Origin: Eledone cirrhosa
Lineage: Eukaryota
DNA: 64,000 nucleotides
Assembly: GCA_964016885.1 (NCBI GenBank)
Contig: CAXHJY010001429.1
Span: 39,301-103,300, forward strand
Reading direction: 5' to 3'
This document shows, piece by piece, positions 12,001-26,920 of this stretch (its first letter is position 1; each line of letters begins with the position of its first letter). The position numbers and the translations under genes are program-made. The notes beneath the pieces were generated by a model, which saw only the letters and a program-made list of their open reading frames with translations, was not told where the DNA came from and searched no databases.

Positions 12001-15000
12001 GTAATTACAGATCGATCCGACCACGGGCGGCCGGCCCGCGATTGAAAAGGTAACTCCGCCGGCAAATCGTCATTTTTGGATTCGTTTTCTTCGAAGCACA
12101 CCATTCGCCGGCGGACTTTGTTGACGTTTAACACGGTTTGGTTCCACAGCCACAACTATTGATTTTACGGAGATATCTTGCTGAAATTCACGCCGCACAT
12201 AGCCAATGAGTGTCTGCACATGTACCAGTAATTACAGATCGATCCGACCACGGGCGGCCGGCCCGCGATTGAAAAGGTAACTCCGCCGGCAAATCGTCAT
12301 TTTTGGATTCGTTTTCTTCGAAGCACACCATTCGCCGGCGGACTTTGTTGATCTTTTAACACGGTTTGGTTCCACAGCCACAACTATTGATTTTACGGAG
12401 ATATCTTGCTGAAATTCACGCCGCACATAGCCAATGAGTGTCTGCACATGTACCAGTAATTACAGATCGATCCGACCACGGGCGGCCGGCCCGCGATTGA
12501 AAAGGTAACTCCGCCGGCAAATCGTCATTTTTGGATTCGTTTTCTTCGAAGCACACCATTCGCCGGCGGACTTTGTTGACGTTTAACACGGTTTGGTTCC
12601 ACAGCCACAACTATTGATTTTACGGAGATATCTTGCTGAAATTCACGCCACACATAGCCAATGAGTGTCTGCACATGTACCAGTAATTACAGATCGATCC
12701 GACCACGGGCGGCCGGCCCGCGATTAAAAAGGTAACTCCGCCGGCAAATCGTCATTTTTGGATTCGTTTTCTTCGAAGCACACCATTCGCCGGCGGACTT
12801 TGTTGACGTTTAACACGGTTTGGTTCCACAGCCACAACTATTGAATTTACGGAGATATCTTGCTGAAATTCACGCCACACATAGCCAATGAGTGTCTGCA
12901 CATGTACCAGTAATTACAGATCGATCTGACCACGGGCGGCCGGCCCGCGATTGAAAAGGTAACTCCGCCGGCAAATCGTCATTTTTGGATTCGTTTTCTT
13001 CGAAGCACACCATTCGCCGGCGGACTTTGTTGACGTTTAACACGGTTTGGTTCCACAGCCACAACTATTGATTTTACGGAGATATCTTGCTGAAATTCAC
13101 GCCGCACATAGCCAATGAGTGTCTGCACATGTAACAGTAATTACAGATCGATCCGACCACGGGCGGCCGGCCCGCGATTGAAAAGGTAACTCCGCCGGCA
13201 AATCGTCATTTTTGGATTCGTTTTCTTCGAAGCACACCATTCGCCGGCGGACATTGTTGACGTTTAACACGGTTTGGTTCCACAGCCACAACTATTGATT
13301 TTACGGAGATATCTTGCTGAAATTCACGCCACACATAGCCAATGAGTGTCTGCACATGTACCAGTAATTACAGATCGATCCGACCACGGGCGGCCGGCCC
13401 GCGATTGAAAAGGTAACTCCGCCGGCAAATCGTCATTTTTGGATTCGTTTTCTTCGAAGCACACCATTCGCCGGCGGACTTTGTTGACGTTTAACACGGT
13501 TTGGTTCCACAGCCACAACTATTGAATTTACGGAGATATCTTGCTGAAATTCACGCCACACATAGCCAATGAGTGTCTGCACATGTACCAGTAATTACAG
13601 ATCGATCCGACCACGGGCGGCCGGCCCGCGATTGAAAAGGTAACTCCGCCGGCAAATCGTCATTTTTGGATTCGTTTTCTTCGAAGCACACCATTCGCCG
13701 GCGGACTTTGTTGACGTTTAACACGGTTTGGTTCCACAGCCACAACTATTGAATTTACGGAGATATCTTGCTGAAATTCACGCCACACATAGCCAATGAG
13801 TGTCTGCACATGTACCAGTAATTACAGATCGATCCGACCACGGGCGGCCGGCCCGCGATTGAAAAGGTAACTCCGCCGGCAAATCGTCATTTTTGGATTC
13901 GTTTTCTTCGAAGCACACCATTCGCCGGCGGACTTTGTTGACGTTTAACACGGTTTGGTTCCACAGCCACAACTATTGATTTTACGGAGATATCTTGCTG
14001 AAATTCACGCCGCACATAGCCAATGAGTGTCTGCACATGTACCAGTAATTACAGATCGATCCGACCACGGGCGGCCGGCCCGCGATTGAAAAGGTAACTC
14101 CGCCGGCAAATCGTCATTTTTGGATTCGTTTTCTTCGAAGCACACCATTCGCCGGCGGACTTTGTTGACGTTTAACACGGTTTGGTTCCACAGCCACAAC
14201 TATTGATTTTACGGAGATATCTTGCTGAAATTCACGCCGCACATAGCCAATGAGTGTCTGCACATGTACCAGTAATTACAGATCGATCCGACCACGGGCG
14301 GCCGGCCCGCGATTGAAAAGGTAACTCCGCCGGCAAATCGTCATTTTTGGATTCGTTTTCTTCGAAGCACACCATTCGCCGGCGGACTTTGTTGACGTTT
14401 AACACGGTTTGGTTCCACAGCCACAACTATTGAATTCACGGAGATATCTTGCTGAAATTCACGCCACACATAGCCAATGAGTGTCTGCACATGTACCAGT
14501 AATTACAGATCGATCCGACCACGGGCGGCCGGCCCGCGATTGAAAAGGTAACTCCGCCGGCAAATCGTCATTTTTGGATTCGTTTTCTTCGAAGCACACC
14601 ATTCGCCGGCGGACTTTGTTGACGTTTAACACGGTTTGGTTCCACAGCCACAACTATTGATTTTACGGAGATATCTTGCTGAAATTCACGCCACACATAG
14701 CCAATGAGTGTCTGCACATGTACCAGTAATTACAGATCGATCCGACCACGGGCGGCCGGCCCGCGATTAAAAAGGTAACTCCGCCGGCAAATCGTCATTT
14801 TTGGATTCGTTTTCTTCGAAGCACACCATTCGCCGGCGGACTTTGTTGACGTTTAACACGGTTTGGTTCCACAGCCACAACTATTGAATTTACGGAGATA
14901 TCTTGCTGAAATTCACGCCACACATAGCCAATGAGTGTCTGCACATGTACCAGTAATTACAGATCGATCTGACCACGGGCGGCCGGCCCGCGATTGAAAA

Positions 15001-18000
15001 GGTAACTCCGCCGGCAAATCGTCATTTTTGGATTCGTTTTCTTCGAAGCACACCATTCGCCGGCGGACTTTGTTGACGTTTAACACGGTTTGGTTCCACA
15101 GCCACAACTATTGATTTTACGGAGATATCTTGCTGAAATTCACGCCGCACATAGCCAATGAGTGTCTGCACATGTACCAGTAATTACAGATCGATCCGAC
15201 CACGGGCGGCCGGCCCGCGATTGAAAAGGTAACTCCGCCGGCAAATCGTCATTTTTGGATTCGTTTTCTTCGAAGCACACCATTCGCCGGCGGACATTGT
15301 TGACGTTTAACACGGTTTGGTTCCACAGCCACAACTATTGATTTTACGGAGATATCTTGCTGAAATTCACGCCACACATAGCCAATGAGTGTCTGCACAT
15401 GTACCAGTAATTACAGATCGATCCGACCACGGGCGGCCGGCCCGCGATTGAAAAGGTAACTCCGCAGGCAAATCGTCATTTTTGGATTCGTTTTCTTCGA
15501 AGCACACCATTCGCCGGCGGACTTTGTTGACGTTTAACACGGTTTGGTTCCACAGCCACAACTATTGAATTTACGGAGATATCTTGCTGAAATTCACGCC
15601 ACACATAGCCAATGAGTGTCTGCACATGTACCAGTAATTACAGATCGATCCGACCACGGGCGGCCGGCCCGCGATTGAAAAGGTAACTCCGCCGGCAAAT
15701 CGTCATTTTTGGATTCGTTTTCTTCGAAGCACACCATTCGCCGGCGGACTTTGTTGACGTTTAACACGGTTTGGTTCCACAGCCACAACTATTGATTTTA
15801 CGGAGATATCTTGCTGAAATTCACGCCGCACATAGCCAATGAGTGTCTGCACATGTACCAGTAATTACAGATCGATCCGACCACGGGCGGCCGGCCCGCG
15901 ATTGAAAAGGTAACTCCGCCGGCAAATCGTCATTTTTGGATTCGTTTTCTTCGAAGCACACCATTCGCCGGCGGACTTTGTTGACGTTTAACACGGTTTG
16001 GTTCCACAGCCACAACTATTGATTTTACGGAGATATCTTGCTGAAATTCACGCCGCACATAGCCAATGAGTGTCTGCACATGTACCAGTAATTACAGATC
16101 TATCCGACCACGGGCGGCCGGCCCGCGATTGAAAAGGTAACTCCGCCGGCAAATCGTCATTTTTGGATTCGTTTTCTTCGAAGCACACCATTCGCCGGCG
16201 GACTTTGTTGACGTTTAACACGGTTTGGTTCCACAGCCACAACTATTGATTTTACGGAGATATCTTGCTGAAATTCACGCCGCACATAGCCAATGAGTGT
16301 CTGCACATGTACCAGTAATTACAGATCGATCCGACCACGGGCGGCCGGTCCGCGATTGAAAAGGTAACTCCGCCGGCAAATCGTCATTTTTGGATTCGTT
16401 TTCTTCGAAGCACACCATTCGCCGGCGGACTTTGTTGACGTTTAACACGGTTTGGTTCCACAGCCACAACTATTGAATTCACGGAGATATCTTGCTGAAA
16501 TTCACGCCACACATAGCCAATGAGTGTCTGCACATGTACCAGTAATTACAGATCGATCCGACCACGGGCGGCCGGCCCGCGATTGAAAAGGTAACTCCGC
16601 CGGCAAATCGTCATTTTTGGATTCGTTTTCTTCGAAGCACACCATTCGCCGGCGGACTTTGTTGACGTTTAACACGGTTTGGTTCCACAGCCACAACTAT
16701 TGATTTTACGGAGATATCTTGCTGAAATTCACGCCGCACATAGCCAATGAGTGTCTGCACATGTACCAGTAATTACAGATCGATCCGACCACGGGCGGCC
16801 GGCCCGCGATTGAAAAGGTAACTCCGCCGGCAAATCGTCATTTTTGGATTCGTTTTCTTCGAAGCACACCATTCGCCGGCGGACTTTGTTGATCTTTTAA
16901 CACGGTTTGGTTCCACAGCCACAACTATTGATTTTACGGAGATATCTTGCTGAAATTCACGCCGCACATAGCCAATGAGTGTCTGCACATGTACCAGTAA
17001 TTACAGATCGATCCGACCACGGGCGGCCGGCCCGCGATTGAAAAGGTAACTCCGCCGGCAAATCGTCATTTTTGGATTCGTTTTCTTCGAAGCACACCAT
17101 TCGCCGGCGGACTTTGTTGACGTTTAACACGGTTTGGTTCCACAGCCACAACTATTGATTTTACGGAGATATCTTGCTGAAATTCACGCCACACATAGCC
17201 AATGAGTGTCTGCACATGTACCAGTAATTACAGATCGATCCGACCACGGGCGGCCGGCCCGCGATTAAAAAGGTAACTCCGCCGGCAAATCGTCATTTTT
17301 GGATTCGTTTTCTTCGAAGCACACCATTCGCCGGCGGACTTTGTTGACGTTTAACACGGTTTGGTTCCACAGCCACAACTATTGAATTTACGGAGATATC
17401 TTGCTGAAATTCACGCCACACATAGCCAATGAGTGTCTGCACATGTACCAGTAATTACAGATCGATCTGACCACGGGCGGCCGGCCCGCGATTGAAAAGG
17501 TAACTCCGCCGGCAAATCGTCATTTTTGGATTCGTTTTCTTCGAAGCACACCATTCGCCGGCGGACTTTGTTGACGTTTAACACGGTTTGGTTCCACAGC
17601 CACAACTATTGATTTTACGGAGATATCTTGCTGAAATTCACGCCGCACATAGCCAATGAGTGTCTGCACATGTAACAGTAATTACAGATCGATCCGACCA
17701 CGGGCGGCCGGCCCGCGATTGAAAAGGTAACTCCGCCGGCAAATCGTCATTTTTGGATTCGTTTTCTTCGAAGCACACCATTCGCCGGCGGACATTGTTG
17801 ACGTTTAACACGGTTTGGTTCCACAGCCACAACTATTGATTTTACGGAGATATCTTGCTGAAATTCACGCCACACATAGCCAATGAGTGTCTGCACATGT
17901 ACCAGTAATTACAGATCGATCCGACCACGGGCGGCCGGCCCGCGATTGAAAAGGTAACTCCGCCGGCAAATCGTCATTTTTGGATTCGTTTTCTTCGAAG

Positions 18001-18091
18001 CACACCATTCGCCGGCGGACTTTGTTGACGTTTAACACGGTTTGGTTCCACAGCCACAACTATTGAATTTACGGAGATATCTTGCTGAAAT
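9010..18091. repeat. Tandem duplication of a 20-monomer block (period 4541 bp)
   Basis: Private SNPs ccgcAgg (10925/15466) and tgtaAca (13134/17675) and the indel units (12352/16893) are all 4541 bp apart. The order of the other variants also matches. Confidence 0.9.
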
Positions 18092-18969
18092 TCACGCCAC
18101 ACATAGCCAATGAGTGTCTGCACATGTACCAGTAATTACAGATCGATCCGACCACGGGCGGCCGGCCCGCGATTGAAAAGGTAACTCCGCCGGCAAATCG
18201 TCATTTTTGGATTCGTTTTCTTCGAAGCACACCATTCGCCGGCGGACTTTGTTGACGTTTAACACGGTTTGGTTCCACAGCCACAACTATTGAATTCACG
18301 GAGATATCTTGCTGAAATTCACGCCACACATAGCCAATGAGTGTCTGCACATGTACCAGTAATTACAGATCGATCCGACCACGGGCGGCCGGCCCGCGAT
18401 TGAAAAGGTAACTCCGCCGGCAAATCGTCATTTTTGGATTCGTTTTCTTCGAAGCACACCATTCGCCGGCGGACTTTGTTGACGTTTAACACGGTTTGGT
18501 TCCACAGCCACAACTATTGATTTTACGGAGATATCTTGCTGAAATTCACGCCGCACATAGCCAATGAGTGTCTGCACATGTACCAGTAATTACAGATCTA
18601 TCCGACCACGGGCGGCCGGCCCGCGATTGAAAAGGTAACTCCGCCGGCAAATCGTCATTTTTGGATTCGTTTTCTTCGAAGCACACCATTCGCCGGCGGA
18701 CTTTGTTGACGTTTAACACGGTTTGGTTCCACAGCCACAACTATTGATTTTACGGAGATATCTTGCTGAAATTCACGCCACACATAGCCAATGAGTGTCT
18801 GAACATGTACCAGTAATTACAGATCGATCCGACCACGGGCGGCCGGCCCGCGATTGAAAAGGTAACTCCGCCGGCAAATCGTCATTTTTGGATTCGTTTT
18901 CTTCGAAGCACACCATTCGCCGGCGGACTTTGTTGACGTTTAACACGGTTTGGTTCCACAGCCACAACT

Positions 18970-21900
18970 ATTGAATTTACGGAGATATCTTGCTGAAATT
19001 CACGCCACACATAGCCAATGAGTGTCTGCACATGTACCAGTAATTACAGATCGATCCGACCACGGGCGGCCGGCCCGCGATTGAAAAGGTAACTCCGCCG
19101 GCAAATCGTCATTTTTGGATTCGTTTTCTTCGAAGCACACCATTCGCCGGCGGACTTTGTTGACGTTTAACACGGTTTGGTTCCACAGCCACAACTATTG
19201 ATTTTACGGAGATATCTTGCTGAAATTCACGCCGCACATAGCCAATGAGTGTCTGCACATGTACCAGTAATTACAGATCGATCCGACCACGGGCGGCCGG
19301 CCCGCGATTGAAAAGGTAACTCCGCCGGCAAATCGTCATTTTTGGATTCGTTTTCTTCGAAGCACACCATTCGCCGGCGGACTTTGTTGACGTTTAACAC
19401 GGTTTGGTTCCACAGCCACAACTATTGATTTTACGGAGATATCTTGCTGAAATTCACGCCGCACATAGCCAATGAGTGTCTGCACATGTACCAGTAATTA
19501 CAGATCTATCCGACCACGGGCGGCCGGCCCGCGATTGAAAAGGTAACTCCGCCGGCAAATCGTCATTTTTGGATTCGTTTTCTTCGAAGCACACCATTCG
19601 CCGGCGGACTTTGTTGACGTTTAACACGGTTTGGTTCCACAGCCACAACTATTGATTTTACGGAGATATCTTGCTGAAATTCACGCCGCACATAGCCAAT
19701 GAGTGTCTGCACATGTACCAGTAATTACAGATCGATCCGACCACGGGCGGCCGGTCCGCGATTGAAGAGGTAACTCCGCCGGCAAATCGTCATTTTTGGA
19801 TTCGTTTTCTTCGAAGCACACCATTCGCCGGCGGACTTTGTTGACGTTTAACACGGTTTGGTTCCACAGCCACAACTATTGAATTCACGGAGATATCTTG
19901 CTGAAATTCACGCCACACATAGCCAATGAGTGTCTGCACATGTACCAGTAATTACAGATCGATCCGACCACGGGCGGCCGGCCCGCGATTGAAAAGGTAA
20001 CTCCGCCGGCAAATCGTCATTTTTGGATTCGTTTTCTTCGAAGCACACCATTCGCCGGCGGACTTTGTTGACGTTTAACACGGTTTGGTTCCACAGCCAC
20101 AACTATTGATTTTACGGAGATATCTTGCTGAAATTCACGCCGCACATAGCCAATGAGTGTCTGCACATGTACCAGTAATTACAGATCGATCCGACCACGG
20201 GCGGCCGGCCCGCGATTGAAAAGGTAACTCCGCCGGCAAATCGTCATTTTTGGATTCGTTTTCTTCGAAGCACACCATTCGCCGGCGGACTTTGTTGATC
20301 TTTTAACACGGTTTGGTTCCACAGCCACAACTATTGATTTTACGGAGATATCTTGCTGAAATTCACGCCGCACATAGCCAATGAGTGTCTGCACATGTAC
20401 CAGTAATTACAGATCGATCCGACCACGGGCGGCCGGCCCGCGATTGAAAAGGTAACTCCGCCGGCAAATCGTCATTTTTGGATTCGTTTTCTTCGAAGCA
20501 CACCATTCGCCGGCGGACTTTGTTGACGTTTAACACGGTTTGGTTCCACAGCCACAACTATTGATTTTACGGAGATATCTTGCTGAAATTCACGCCACAC
20601 ATAGCCAATGAGTGTCTGCACATGTACCAGTAATTACAGATCGATCCGACCACGGGCGGCCGGCCCGCGATTAAAAAGGTAACTCCGCCGGCAAATCGTC
20701 ATTTTTGGATTCGTTTTCTTCGAAGCACACCATTCGCCGGCGGACTTTGTTGACGTTTAACACGGTTTGGTTCCACAGCCACAACTATTGAATTTACGGA
20801 GATATCTTGCTGAAATTCACGCCACACATAGCCAATGAGTGTCTGCACATGTACCAGTAATTACAGATCGATCTGACCACGGGCGGCCGGCCCGCGATTG
20901 AAAAGGTAACTCCGCCGGCAAATCGTCATTTTTGGATTCGTTTTCTTCGAAGCACACCATTCGCCGGCGGACTTTGTTGACGTTTAACACGGTTTGGTTC
21001 CACAGCCACAACTATTGATTTTACGGAGATATCTTGCTGAAATTCACGCCGCACATAGCCAATGAGTGTCTGCACATGTACCAGTAATTACAGATCGATC
21101 CGACCACGGGCGGCCGGCCCGCGATTGAAAAGGTAACTCCGCCGGCAAATCGTCATTTTTGGATTCGTTTTCTTCGAAGCACACCATTCGCCGGCGGACA
21201 TTGTTGACGTTTAACACGGTTTGGTTCCACAGCCACAACTATTGATTTTACGGAGATATCTTGCTGAAATTCACGCCACACATAGCCAATGAGTGTCTGC
21301 ACATGTACCAGTAATTACAGATCGATCCGACCACGGGCGGCCGGCCCGCGATTGAAAAGGTAACTCCGCCGGCAAATCGTCATTTTTGGATTCGTTTTCT
21401 TCGAAGCACACCATTCGCCGGCGGACTTTGTTGACGTTTAACACGGTTTGGTTCCACAGCCACAACTATTGAATTTACGGAGATATCTTGCTGAAATTCA
21501 CGCCACACATAGCCAATGAGTGTCTGCACATGTACCAGTAATTACAGATCGATCCGACCACGGGCGGCCGGCCCGCGATTGAAAAGGTAACTCCGCCGGC
21601 AAATCGTCATTTTTGGATTCGTTTTCTTCGAAGCACACCATTCGCCGGCGGACTTTGTTGACGTTTAACACGGTTTGGTTCCACAGCCACAACTATTGAT
21701 TTTACGGAGATATCTTGCTGAAATTCACGCCGCACATAGCCAATGAGTGTCTGCACATGTACCAGTAATTACAGATCGATCCGACCACGGGCGGCCGGCC
21801 CGCGATTGAAAAGGTAACTCCGCCGGCAAATCGTCATTTTTGGATTCGTTTTCTTCGAAGCACACCATTCGCCGGCGGACTTTGTTGACGTTTAACACGG

Positions 21901-24900
21901 TTTGGTTCCACAGCCACAACTATTGATTTTACGGAGATATCTTGCTGAAATTCACGCCGCACATAGCCAATGAGTGTCTGCACATGTACCAGTAATTACA
22001 GATCTATCCGACCACGGGCGGCCGGCCCGCGATTGAAAAGGTAACTCCGCCGGCAAATCGTCATTTTTGGATTCGTTTTCTTCGAAGCACACCATTCGCC
22101 GGCGGACTTTGTTGACGTTTAACACGGTTTGGTTCCACAGCCACAACTATTGAATTTACGGAGATATCTTGCTGAAATTCACGCCACACATAGCCAATGA
22201 GTGTCTGCACATGTACCAGTAATTACAGATCGATCCGACCACGGGCGGCCGGCCCGCGATTGAAAAGGTAACTCCGCCGGCAAATCGTCATTTTTGGATT
22301 CGTTTTCTTCGAAGCACACCATTCGCCGGCGGACTTTGTTGACGTTTAACACGGTTTGGTTCCACAGCCACAACTATTGATTTTACGGAGATATCTTGCT
22401 GAAATTCACGCCGCACATAGCCAATGAGTGTCTGCACATGTACCAGTAATTACAGATCGATCCGACCACGGGCGGCCGGCCCGCGATTGAAAAGGTAACT
22501 CCGCCGGCAAATCGTCATTTTTGGATTCGTTTTCTTCGAAGCACACCATTCGCCGGCGGACTTTGTTGACGTTTAACACGGTTTGGTTCCACAGCCACAA
22601 CTATTGATTTTACGGAGATATCTTGCTGAAATTCACGCCGCACATAGCCAATGAGTGTCTGCACATGTACCAGTAATTACAGATCGATCCGACCACGGGC
22701 GGCCGGCCCGCGATTGAAAAGGTAACTCCGCCGGCAAATCGTCATTTTTGGATTCGTTTTCTTCGAAGCACACCATTCGCCGGCGGACTTTGTTGACGTT
22801 TAACACGGTTTGGTTCCACAGCCACAACTATTGATTTTACGGAGATATCTTGCTGAAATTCACGCCGCACATAGCCAATGAGTGTCTGCACATGTACCAG
22901 TAATTACAGATCGATCCGACCACGGGCGGCCGGCCCGCGATTGAAAAGGTAACTCCGCCGGCAAATCGTCATTTTTGGATTCGTTTTCTTCGAAGCACAC
23001 CATTCGCCGGCGGACTTTGTTGACGTTTAACACGGTTTGGTTCCACAGCCACAACTATTGATTTTACGGAGATATCTTGCTGAAATTCACGCCGCACATA
23101 GCCAATGAGTGTCTGCACATGTACCAGTAATTACAGATCTATCCGACCACGGGCGGCCGGCCCGCGATTGAAAAGGTAACTCCGCCGGCAAATCGTCATT
23201 TTTGGATTCGTTTTCTTCGAAGCACACCATTCGCCGGCGGACTTTGTTGACGTTTAACACGGTTTGGTTCCACAGCCACAACTATTGAATTTACGGAGAT
23301 ATCTTGCTGAAATTCACGCCACACATAGCCAATGAGTGTCTGCACATGTACCAGTAATTACAGATCGATCCGACCACGGGCGGCCGGCCCGCGATTGAAA
23401 AGGTAACTCCGCCGGCAAATCGTCATTTTTGGATTCGTTTTCTTCGAAGCACACCATTCGCCGGCGGACTTTGTTGACGTTTAACACGGTTTGGTTCCAC
23501 AGCCACAACTATTGATTTTACGGAGATATCTTGCTGAAATTCACGCCGCACATAGCCAATGAGTGTCTGCACATGTACCAGTAATTACAGATCGATCCGA
23601 CCACGGGCGGCCGGCCCGCGATTGAAAAGGTAACTCCGCCGGCAAATCGTCATTTTTGGATTCGTTTTCTTCGAAGCACACCATTCGCCGGCGGACTTTG
23701 TTGACGTTTAACACGGTTTGGTTCCACAGCCACAACTATTGATTTTACGGAGATATCTTGCTGAAATTCACGCCGCACATAGCCAATGAGTGTCTGCACA
23801 TGTACCAGTAATTACAGATCTATCCGACCACGGGCGGCCGGCCCGCGATTGAAAAGGTAACTCCGCCGGCAAATCGTCATTTTTGGATTCGTTTTCTTCG
23901 AAGCACACCATTCGCCGGCGGACTTTGTTGACGTTTAACACGGTTTGGTTCCACAGCCACAACTATTGATTTTACGGAGATATCTTGCTGAAATTCACGC
24001 CGCACATAGCCAATGAGTGTCTGCACATGTACCAGTAATTACAGATCGATCCGACCACGGGCGGCCGGTCCGCGATTGAAGAGGTAACTCCGCCGGCAAA
24101 TCGTCATTTTTGGATTCGTTTTCTTCGAAGCACACCATTCGCCGGCGGACTTTGTTGACGTTTAACACGGTTTGGTTCCACAGCCACAACTATTGAATTC
24201 ACGGAGATATCTTGCTGAAATTCACGCCACACATAGCCAATGAGTGTCTGCACATGTACCAGTAATTACAGATCGATCCGACCACGGGCGGCCGGCCCGC
24301 GATTGAAAAGGTAACTCCGCCGGCAAATCGTCATTTTTGGATTCGTTTTCTTCGAAGCACACCATTCGCCGGCGGACTTTGTTGACGTTTAACACGGTTT
24401 GGTTCCACAGCCACAACTATTGATTTTACGGAGATATCTTGCTGAAATTCACGCCGCACATAGCCAATGAGTGTCTGCACATGTACCAGTAATTACAGAT
24501 CGATCCGACCACGGGCGGCCGGCCCGCGATTGAAAAGGTAACTCCGCCGGCAAATCGTCATTTTTGGATTCGTTTTCTTCGAAGCACACCATTCGCCGGC
24601 GGACTTTGTTGATCTTTTAACACGGTTTGGTTCCACAGCCACAACTATTGATTTTACGGAGATATCTTGCTGAAATTCACGCCGCACATAGCCAATGAGT
24701 GTCTGCACATGTACCAGTAATTACAGATCGATCCGACCACGGGCGGCCGGCCCGCGATTGAAAAGGTAACTCCGCCGGCAAATCGTCATTTTTGGATTCG
24801 TTTTCTTCGAAGCACACCATTCGCCGGCGGACTTTGTTGACGTTTAACACGGTTTGGTTCCACAGCCACAACTATTGATTTTACGGAGATATCTTGCTGA

Positions 24901-26920
24901 AATTCACGCCACACATAGCCAATGAGTGTCTGCACATGTACCAGTAATTACAGATCGATCCGACCACGGGCGGCCGGCCCGCGATTAAAAAGGTAACTCC
25001 GCCGGCAAATCGTCATTTTTGGATTCGTTTTCTTCGAAGCACACCATTCGCCGGCGGACTTTGTTGACGTTTAACACGGTTTGGTTCCACAGCCACAACT
25101 ATTGAATTTACGGAGATATCTTGCTGAAATTCACGCCACACATAGCCAATGAGTGTCTGCACATGTACCAGTAATTACAGATCGATCTGACCACGGGCGG
25201 CCGGCCCGCGATTGAAAAGGTAACTCCGCCGGCAAATCGTCATTTTTGGATTCGTTTTCTTCGAAGCACACCATTCGCCGGCGGACTTTGTTGACGTTTA
25301 ACACGGTTTGGTTCCACAGCCACAACTATTGATTTTACGGAGATATCTTGCTGAAATTCACGCCGCACATAGCCAATGAGTGTCTGCACATGTACCAGTA
25401 ATTACAGATCGATCCGACCACGGGCGGCCGGCCCGCGATTGAAAAGGTAACTCCGCCGGCAAATCGTCATTTTTGGATTCGTTTTCTTCGAAGCACACCA
25501 TTCGCCGGCGGACATTGTTGACGTTTAACACGGTTTGGTTCCACAGCCACAACTATTGATTTTACGGAGATATCTTGCTGAAATTCACGCCACACATAGC
25601 CAATGAGTGTCTGCACATGTACCAGTAATTACAGATCGATCCGACCACGGGCGGCCGGCCCGCGATTGAAAAGGTAACTCCGCCGGCAAATCGTCATTTT
25701 TGGATTCGTTTTCTTCGAAGCACACCATTCGCCGGCGGACTTTGTTGACGTTTAACACGGTTTGGTTCCACAGCCACAACTATTGAATTTACGGAGATAT
25801 CTTGCTGAAATTCACGCCACACATAGCCAATGAGTGTCTGCACATGTACCAGTAATTACAGATCGATCCGACCACGGGCGGCCGGCCCGCGATTGAAAAG
25901 GTAACTCCGCCGGCAAATCGTCATTTTTGGATTCGTTTTCTTCGAAGCACACCATTCGCCGGCGGACTTTGTTGACGTTTAACACGGTTTGGTTCCACAG
26001 CCACAACTATTGATTTTACGGAGATATCTTGCTGAAATTCACGCCGCACATAGCCAATGAGTGTCTGCACATGTACCAGTAATTACAGATCGATCCGACC
26101 ACGGGCGGCCGGCCCGCGATTGAAAAGGTAACTCCGCCGGCAAATCGTCATTTTTGGATTCGTTTTCTTCGAAGCACACCATTCGCCGGCGGACTTTGTT
26201 GACGTTTAACACGGTTTGGTTCCACAGCCACAACTATTGATTTTACGGAGATATCTTGCTGAAATTCACGCCGCACATAGCCAATGAGTGTCTGCACATG
26301 TACCAGTAATTACAGATCTATCCGACCACGGGCGGCCGGCCCGCGATTGAAAAGGTAACTCCGCCGGCAAATCGTCATTTTTGGATTCGTTTTCTTCGAA
26401 GCACACCATTCGCCGGCGGACTTTGTTGACGTTTAACACGGTTTGGTTCCACAGCCACAACTATTGAATTTACGGAGATATCTTGCTGAAATTCACGCCA
26501 CACATAGCCAATGAGTGTCTGCACATGTACCAGTAATTACAGATCGATCCGACCACGGGCGGCCGGCCCGCGATTGAAAAGGTAACTCCGCCGGCAAATC
26601 GTCATTTTTGGATTCGTTTTCTTCGAAGCACACCATTCGCCGGCGGACTTTGTTGACGTTTAACACGGTTTGGTTCCACAGCCACAACTATTGATTTTAC
26701 GGAGATATCTTGCTGAAATTCACGCCGCACATAGCCAATGAGTGTCTGCACATGTACCAGTAATTACAGATCGATCCGACCACGGGCGGCCGGCCCGCGA
26801 TTGAAAAGGTAACTCCGCCGGCAAATCGTCATTTTTGGATTCGTTTTCTTCGAAGCACACCATTCGCCGGCGGACTTTGTTGACGTTTAACACGGTTTGG
26901 TTCCACAGCCACAACTATTG
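18970..26920. repeat. About 16-monomer block repeated at a 19-monomer offset (4314 bp)
   Basis: Private SNP ttgaaGagg at 19767/24081 and indel units at 20299/24613. The variant order matches between about 18970-22600 and 23284-26920. Confidence 0.85.
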
